A stretch of 64,000 nucleotides of DNA. Source: a virus. The stretch lies in the IMG/VR virus record IMGVR_UViG_3300046002_005654, positions 31,511 through 95,510 of that record; one strand, given 5' to 3'. Position numbers and translations under genes: made by a program. Positions 57,700 through 64,000 of the stretch are shown piece after piece (the first letter of the stretch is position 1; each line of letters begins with the position of its first letter). The notes beneath the pieces were generated by a model. It made no database searches and had not been told where the DNA came from. It saw only the letters and a list, made by a program, of their open reading frames with translations.

Positions 57700-59628
57700 A
57701 TGGAAGTAAAAATAATATTAATATTATTAATAATACACTTATTAGGAATAATAATTTTTAAACCAAAGATGAATATTTTATCTTGTGGAATATTCGGATG
57801 GGCTGGTAAGAGTTATAAAACTTTCAACAAAGCTAAATTTGATATTCAAGGACTATATAATGATTCTAGGGGTGGTGACTCTTGTGGAGTTACTACTGAT
57901 GGGGAAATTTATTATGGATTAACTGGATCTAAACATTATAGTGATTTTTTACATAAAAATGGATATGAATCACCTTTAATGATTCCTACAGTAATAGGTC
58001 ATACAAGAAAATCTAGTAGCGGAACTGTTAATACTGACAATGCACATCCTTTTGGATTTGGAGATTATGAAAAATCTTTTGAATTTGTAGGCGTTCACAA
58101 TGGAACTTTGCATAATCAAGCAGTAATAGCAAAACAATTTGACTTAAATACATCTGTAGAAGAAAAAAACAATTTTGGAATTAGTACTTGGAAAAGAAAT
58201 AAAATAGATTCTGAAATTTTATTAGAAATTATTTATTTAAATAAAAATTTTAAAGTTTTATCTGACTACATAGGAGGAGCTGCTTTATTGTTTACCAATA
58301 CTTTAGAGCCTAATGTATTATATGCATTTAAAGGAGCTTCAAGGCTTGATGAGTATGATAAAGGAGTTGATCTTGAAGAAAGACCTTTATATTATTATAA
58401 AGAATCTAAAAATAGTTTATACATTTCATCTTTACAAGAAAGTTTAGAAGCTATTGGAGGAGTTGCAAATGAAAATCTATTTAGTCTTAATCCAAATACT
58501 GTATATAAAATAACAGATGGTAATATAGATTCTGCAGAAAAATTTGAAATTTCAAGAAGAAATGCCCACCAAAGACCAGCTACTTATAAAACAACTAAAT
58601 ACTCTGCTTGTGGATATGAATGGAAATCTAAAAGAGAAACTGAGTGGGAGGACTTAAGAGATTCGTCAAAAAAGGAAAGCGGAGTAGAAAAAATTCAAGA
58701 AGAAAAAGAAATTAGAATTTTTAAATCTCCTATTACGTTTAATAAATTAAGGTATCATAGAAATGGCCATCTAATAAACGGAATATGCGTTTGGATTAAG
58801 GATTATGGTTTTCATTTAATATCTCAAAAATTAGAAGTTGCTGATAAAGAAGCTTCGGAAATGATAGGTCAAGCATACGATATGGAGTATGGATTTTTTG
58901 CATTTGAAAAAAATATGAGTGTTATTGATGAAAACGTTATATATCCATTTACAGTTGAAAATAAAAAAGTTCCTGGATTATTCTATTTTTACGATGGAAT
59001 TATGTTAGAAACCAGATTAGATTATTCAGCTGTTAATCAAAAAGTAAAAAACTATAATGTATGGGATTTGTCAGAAATGTCAAAACATCCAATTATAGAA
59101 ATAAATAAATCTGATACGTATCACAGATTATATAATCAAATTATATTTAAAAGAGTTGCTTTTACTGGAAATATTTCTCCACTAAGTAGTAGTAAAATTT
59201 ATTATATTAATCAAGGTGATTTAACAAAAACTGATTTAATAGACAAAAAACAAATTGAAGATTCATATGTTTCTGCAATAACTTTATATAATAAAGAACA
59301 TGAAGGTCAATTAATTTTAGATGTATTAAATAAAGATAATGACGAAGAGCTTATTAAAAAGAAATTTACTGAATTTTGTAAATTAAACGAATTAGAAGTT
59401 ACAAGTTGTGATGAGAGTGAAGATAAAAAAATAGAAATAGATAAGGAAGAAGATCTTGTAATTAGACAATCTGTAGATGTTATAATATCTCCTGTTTATT
59501 TAAAAGTTCAAGAAAGTATATCTATATTATCTGAATTTGAAGAAAAAGATTTTATTAAAGAAATAATTGAAATAAATGAAGATTATTTAAACTTAATGGA
59601 CGAAATAATTGTTAAAAATTATAAATAA
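57700..59628 (+). CDS. class II (Ntn) glutamine amidotransferase with N-terminal hydrophobic extension and C-terminal domain
   Basis: CGIFG, SRGGDSCG, GHTRK, NAHPF, HNGT, DSE. Confidence 0.85.
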   Translation: MEVKIILILLIIHLLGIIIFKPKMNILSCGIFGWAGKSYKTFNKAKFDIQGLYNDSRGGDSCGVTTDGEIYYGLTGSKHYSDFLHKNGYESPLMIPTVIGHTRKSSSGTVNTDNAHPFGFGDYEKSFEFVGVHNGTLHNQAVIAKQFDLNTSVEEKNNFGISTWKRNKIDSEILLEIIYLNKNFKVLSDYIGGAALLFTNTLEPNVLYAFKGASRLDEYDKGVDLEERPLYYYKESKNSLYISSLQESLEAIGGVANENLFSLNPNTVYKITDGNIDSAEKFEISRRNAHQRPATYKTTKYSACGYEWKSKRETEWEDLRDSSKKESGVEKIQEEKEIRIFKSPITFNKLRYHRNGHLINGICVWIKDYGFHLISQKLEVADKEASEMIGQAYDMEYGFFAFEKNMSVIDENVIYPFTVENKKVPGLFYFYDGIMLETRLDYSAVNQKVKNYNVWDLSEMSKHPIIEINKSDTYHRLYNQIIFKRVAFTGNISPLSSSKIYYINQGDLTKTDLIDKKQIEDSYVSAITLYNKEHEGQLILDVLNKDNDEELIKKKFTEFCKLNELEVTSCDESEDKKIEIDKEEDLVIRQSVDVIISPVYLKVQESISILSEFEEKDFIKEIIEINEDYLNLMDEIIVKNYK

Positions 59629-61817
59629 TGGAAGAGCTTATAACAACAATAAGTGGAAAACAATGTAAAAAATCTGAATGTAGATTAATTGAAAAACAAT
59701 ATTATTTAATTGGAAAAAATAATGTTGAAAATTCAGGAGATGTATATTTATTAGATAATAGATATATAAGAGAAAATACAGGAAGAGTTGTTTTTAATAA
59801 TAGTTCTAAATCTTATCAATTAAAAAATGATAGTTTAGATTATGGAATAGTTTCTATGGATCAAGAATCTAATTTTATTTTTGGATATTTTAATCAAGAT
59901 GTAAATTGTCAATTATTAATAGATAAAAATCAAGGAACTCATAAATGTATTAATGAAGAAATAATTAATAGAAATTTTAGAGAAGAATTATCTACTGGAT
60001 ATTTTTATCATATTTCTTTAATGAAGGCTTGCAGATTTAATTTAATTAAAAACGTTAAAAAAGAGCTTAAAGAATCTTTACCTTACGATTCAAAAGGAAT
60101 AATGGGAAAATATATTGAAAGATATAATAATAATTACAAACCCGTTATAAATCATACAATTGAAAAATTTAGTAAAGCAATAGGTGGTTTAACGTTTGGT
60201 TTTGAATTTGAAACTGTAAAAGGAGTTATACCAAATAATAAATTATCATTACTTCCGTTAATTCCATTAAGAGATGGAAGTATTGGAGGATTAGAGTATG
60301 TTACAATACCATTAAGTGGTGCAAAAGGAATAAAAGCACTTATTGATTGTGTAAAAGAACTTGAAAAAAGAACTGAATATAACAATGATTGTTCTCTTCA
60401 CCTCCATCTTGGAAACATACCAAGAACTCCTGAATTTATATTAGCTTTTTACAAACTAATATCTTCTCATCAAGAAGAGATGTTTTCTTTATTTCCATTA
60501 TATAAAAAATATAATTTTGGAGTTAAAAGAAAAAACTATTCAGAACCGTTTCCATTTAATGATATTAATTGTAGATTAGATGCTAAAATAAATCCAAAAG
60601 ACAAACCTCAAGTAAATCAAAATTTTGATGTTTTATTTTCTCATTTGACTGGTCAGCATACTTTTTACGATTATGGATGTGATTTAATTAATGTTGATCA
60701 TCACCCAGCAGATCCTCAAGGTAATCAAAAATGGAATATAAAAAAGAGATATTACGCATATAATTTAATTCCATTAATATTTGGTAATAAAGAAACTATT
60801 GAATTTAGAATTCATACTCCTACTTATGATATTGATAAAATATTAAATTTCTTGTTTATTAATTCTTATTTAATAAATTATACAATTGCAAATCAAGATA
60901 AAATATTATCTGATCCTAGTTATTTGTGTGTAAAAAACAATAAGGGTATTGGTAAATTAATTAGTAATCATTTTGCAAATTCAAATTTTTTAACAGGAAA
61001 TGACAAAGATGCTTTAGCTAATTATCATCATAATTATATTGAAGAAAGAAGAAGAGTAACTTATGAAGATAATTGTAAAGGAAATATTATTGGTAATGAA
61101 GATAGTATAAATTGCTACAGATCTATAAACTGGAAAGAAGAAGAATCTTTTAATAAATATAATGTAAATAATCTTAAATATAATTATATAGGAGAAGAAG
61201 ATGGAGAATTAAAAGCTTCATTAAGTTATAGAGATTGGGATTCTTTAAGGAAAAAAACTCAAGGACAAATAAAAATGGAGTCTACAATTGGAGTTTCTAA
61301 AAGAAGAGGCACAAGAGTTCTTACTAGTTATGGAGATTCTGAATTTCCAAGAAAAATGTTTGGAGAAGGAGAAAGGCATTTTAATAATAGAGTTTCTGAA
61401 TGGAATCAATTAAGCAAATCAGCTGAAAAAATTAGCGGTAATGAAATAGCAGAAGGTATTTACATTGATAATCCTAATAGAGAACTTGAAGTTGAATTAA
61501 ATACTAAATATTTAGAAGCAATTAAAGTTATGGAAAATTCTATTCGTAGCACAATTGCATCGCCTAGTGTTCAATCTGGATACGCTTCTTATAGAGATTC
61601 AAGAAAAATGGTTACTGGAGATGGAACTATAAATAATACTGTAAATTCTATAAGTGAACTTGATAAAGCTGTCAAGTATTCTTTAGATAAAAATGACTGG
61701 GGTTGGAGTGATTTAATTCCAGAATATCATACTGTTAATTTAGGAATTGAGCCAATAGAAGATTTAAAACCAGAATCAGAGCCTAAATTAGTTAAAGTTA
61801 AATCTAAATTTTGGTAA
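59628..61817 (+). CDS. putative amidoligase (COOH-NH2 ligase, Amidoligase_2-like)
   Basis: FGFEFET, DGSI..LEYVT, CSLHLHLG, RYYAYN, TIEFRIH. Confidence 0.85.
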   Translation: MEELITTISGKQCKKSECRLIEKQYYLIGKNNVENSGDVYLLDNRYIRENTGRVVFNNSSKSYQLKNDSLDYGIVSMDQESNFIFGYFNQDVNCQLLIDKNQGTHKCINEEIINRNFREELSTGYFYHISLMKACRFNLIKNVKKELKESLPYDSKGIMGKYIERYNNNYKPVINHTIEKFSKAIGGLTFGFEFETVKGVIPNNKLSLLPLIPLRDGSIGGLEYVTIPLSGAKGIKALIDCVKELEKRTEYNNDCSLHLHLGNIPRTPEFILAFYKLISSHQEEMFSLFPLYKKYNFGVKRKNYSEPFPFNDINCRLDAKINPKDKPQVNQNFDVLFSHLTGQHTFYDYGCDLINVDHHPADPQGNQKWNIKKRYYAYNLIPLIFGNKETIEFRIHTPTYDIDKILNFLFINSYLINYTIANQDKILSDPSYLCVKNNKGIGKLISNHFANSNFLTGNDKDALANYHHNYIEERRRVTYEDNCKGNIIGNEDSINCYRSINWKEEESFNKYNVNNLKYNYIGEEDGELKASLSYRDWDSLRKKTQGQIKMESTIGVSKRRGTRVLTSYGDSEFPRKMFGEGERHFNNRVSEWNQLSKSAEKISGNEIAEGIYIDNPNRELEVELNTKYLEAIKVMENSIRSTIASPSVQSGYASYRDSRKMVTGDGTINNTVNSISELDKAVKYSLDKNDWGWSDLIPEYHTVNLGIEPIEDLKPESEPKLVKVKSKFW

Positions 61818-61820
61818 TAA

Positions 61821-62282
61821 ATGATATTTATACCGAATAATACACCATCTCTTAAAAATAGTAAGGTTAAAACGTCTAAAGGAATATTCTCTTCAAAAAC
61901 AGTTAAAAAATATTTAGGATTACTTGGAATACAATCATATTCATCTTCTAAGAGAGTTGTTGTTGGTTACAAAACTAGACCAAATAAATTTGAATTATTA
62001 TTACCTGAATTTAAAGAGTTATTAAAAGATAAAGAATTTCCTGTTTTAATAAGCTTTCACTTTGTAAGAGAATCAAAAAGAAAATTTGACTTCGGTAATG
62101 CTACCGAGGTCATTTTTGACTTAATGACAGCTCACGGAGTGATTCCAGACGACAACATAGAGTTTGTTTTTCCTTCTGTAATGAATATAGATGGTATATT
62201 ACCAACAAAAGAGAATATGAATAATTATGAATGGTACTCTGTAAATAAGGAAAGTCCTGGAGTTTACATTGACATTCATTAA
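61821..62282 (+). CDS. RusA-like Holliday junction resolvase
   Basis: PSLKNS, RKFDFGN...FDLM...IPDDN. Confidence 0.7.
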   Translation: MIFIPNNTPSLKNSKVKTSKGIFSSKTVKKYLGLLGIQSYSSSKRVVVGYKTRPNKFELLLPEFKELLKDKEFPVLISFHFVRESKRKFDFGNATEVIFDLMTAHGVIPDDNIEFVFPSVMNIDGILPTKENMNNYEWYSVNKESPGVYIDIH

Positions 62283-62292
62283 AAAAAACACA

Positions 62293-62574
62293 ATGAAGAA
62301 AACAATTATAGAAATCGAACAATTAGCGGCATTTGTATTTGAAGATGAAAAGTATCAAAAATTTTTGATATTTATTCAAAATAAAATGTATAATGACGCT
62401 AGATTAATGCTTGACAAAGAAATACTAGATCAAAATCAATGGTCATTTTTCATGGAAATTAGTTTTGAAACAGCAATGTCAAACAGAATTGTTGATTTAT
62501 TAATTGATTTAATTGAGATTGATGTAGATGCAGATGAAAGAAGAATCGTTAAATCAATTGCTAGAGAGCAATGA
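62293..62574 (+). CDS. hypothetical protein
   Basis: ORF in operon. Confidence 0.45.
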   Translation: MKKTIIEIEQLAAFVFEDEKYQKFLIFIQNKMYNDARLMLDKEILDQNQWSFFMEISFETAMSNRIVDLLIDLIEIDVDADERRIVKSIAREQ

Positions 62575-63559
62575 TAATAAAGATCTGACATTATCATATA
62601 GTAAGTTATCAGATTTTGACCGTAATGGAGCAATGTCTTTAATTAGGCATAAATCAGCAGAAGGCGCTGGATTAAAACACGGCGCTTTAGTTGATGACTT
62701 ACTTGTTGATAATATGACAGGTAGTAATTTCTGTGAAGAAAGATACTATAAATTTGATGGAGAAAAACCATCAGCAACGCTTGGATTATTATGTGATGTA
62801 ATTTTAAAAAATTACTTAACAGTTCCTACAAATTTAGATGATATAATTGACATAATTAAATTAAATAAATTTTGGGCAAATATTAAAAATGAAGCAGTAT
62901 TAATTGAAAAATTTGATATTCCTGAATTTTGGAATTACATAGATGCTATGTATGAAGTTGGAGATAAAATACTAACAACTACAGAAGAATATATGGATGC
63001 CGTTGAGCTTGTAAGTATATTAAAAACTCACAAGTATTCAAAAAACATAATAATAAATGATTATGAGAATATTTATCAACATAGATTTGAAATCGAATAT
63101 AAAGGCTTTTTAGTAAGAGGTATTTTAGATTTGATATCAATAGACCATAAAAATAAATCAGTACGGTTTACAGACCTTAAAACGGGTAAAAATCCAGCTA
63201 TAGAGTTTGAAGATAGCTTTATAAAATGGAGATATTACTTTCAAGGAGCTATATATTTATTAGCAGCTGAGCAAGTACTTAAAGATTTAAATTTAACTGG
63301 ATACTCTATTGAAAAATTTCAATTTCTATATATTTCAAAATCAGATAAAACTCCACTATTATACACAATGACTGATAAATGGGTAAAAGCCGCTATAAAC
63401 GGATTCAAAATAGGTAAATATGTATATAAAGGAATAAACGAACTGATTGAAGAAATAGATTGGTGTTGGAGTAATAAAGAATATTTAGTGCCAAAATACA
63501 TTGTAGAGAACAATGGGGCTGTAGATATTAGAGATAACTTTATTGAAATAAATGAGTAA
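62528..63559 (+). CDS. PD-(D/E)XK exonuclease (RecE/DUF3799-like)
   Basis: LSYSKL, RGILDLI, TDLKT, YYFQGAIY. Confidence 0.8.
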   Translation: MQMKEESLNQLLESNDNKDLTLSYSKLSDFDRNGAMSLIRHKSAEGAGLKHGALVDDLLVDNMTGSNFCEERYYKFDGEKPSATLGLLCDVILKNYLTVPTNLDDIIDIIKLNKFWANIKNEAVLIEKFDIPEFWNYIDAMYEVGDKILTTTEEYMDAVELVSILKTHKYSKNIIINDYENIYQHRFEIEYKGFLVRGILDLISIDHKNKSVRFTDLKTGKNPAIEFEDSFIKWRYYFQGAIYLLAAEQVLKDLNLTGYSIEKFQFLYISKSDKTPLLYTMTDKWVKAAINGFKIGKYVYKGINELIEEIDWCWSNKEYLVPKYIVENNGAVDIRDNFIEINE

Positions 63560-64000
63560 AATTAAGTATAATGCATCAAAAACATACTTATTACCATTAT
63601 TATCAGAATTAGTAAACATAGATAACGAATTTGTTAATTATTTAGAAAACACTTATATGTTTGATGAAAATAATGAATTCTTTGAATGTTTCTTTTTATT
63701 ATTTGAGTTCAGTTTTAAAAATCCTGAATTTACAAAATACGAACATAGACTTATAGATAGTGATTTGTTTGTTAAAATAATAGATGTGGATAATAGTGAT
63801 ATGGTAATTTATGTTTTTAAGTTTCCAGAAGATTATTTAAAAGAATATTATTATTTACAAGATGGTAAATATTCTAAATTTGGAGATGATGCAAAAAAAT
63901 TAATATTAAAATTCTGGACAGTAATGTACGGAAAAGTTTATGGAGGTATTAATGTTATCTTAACTATTAAACAAAAATTATACAAAGATAAAATACTTAA
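63552..64000 (+). CDS. conserved crAss-like hypothetical protein (partial)
   Basis: SKTYLLPLL...YVFKFP...GKYSKF; runs off window. Confidence 0.5.
   Translation, partial: MSKIKYNASKTYLLPLLSELVNIDNEFVNYLENTYMFDENNEFFECFFLLFEFSFKNPEFTKYEHRLIDSDLFVKIIDVDNSDMVIYVFKFPEDYLKEYYYLQDGKYSKFGDDAKKLILKFWTVMYGKVYGGINVILTIKQKLYKDKIL

Noticed and set aside
36062-63513. Short minus-strand ORFs in the right arm, and nested plus-strand ORFs 36214-36399 and 50408-50617
   Set aside because: Shadows of well-supported plus-strand genes
1-64000. Stop-codon reassignment (TAG or TGA), common in some crAss lineages
   Set aside because: Hallmark genes are uninterrupted in code 11, and both TAG and TGA appear as real stops of coupled genes

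Overview
AT-rich segment of a crAss-like (Crassvirales-type) podophage genome with a probable Bacteroidota/Flavobacteriia host, read in the standard genetic code. The left arm (1-35.9 kb, minus strand) is the late module: muzzle and ring tail proteins, lysis cassette, tail fibres, auxiliary and major capsid proteins, scaffold, portal, large terminase, phage GroEL and a GroES-like protein, small ORFs and an HNH nuclease. It is driven by Bacteroidota TAnnTTTG promoters carrying two phage-specific upstream motifs. The right arm (36-64 kb, plus strand) holds early/accessory genes interleaved with many structured non-coding elements: a 25-nt-period array, an ~800-nt multi-domain RNA, a tmRNA with a 27-aa tag, three tRNA-like RNAs with broken anticodon arms and a possible variant hammerhead. 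Next come replication genes (DnaB-like helicase, AAA ATPase, SSB-like protein, primase, RusA-like and PD-(D/E)XK nucleases) and an 8-kb phiEco32-type amide/peptide-ligase cluster. The best candidates for undescribed biology are the RNA elements, especially the 800-nt RNA, the tRNA mimics and a ~255-nt RNA sharing an upstream motif with the capsid-gene promoters. The unknown product of the ligase cluster is also a strong candidate. All folds were done by eye and all family calls rest on motif recognition, not database searches.
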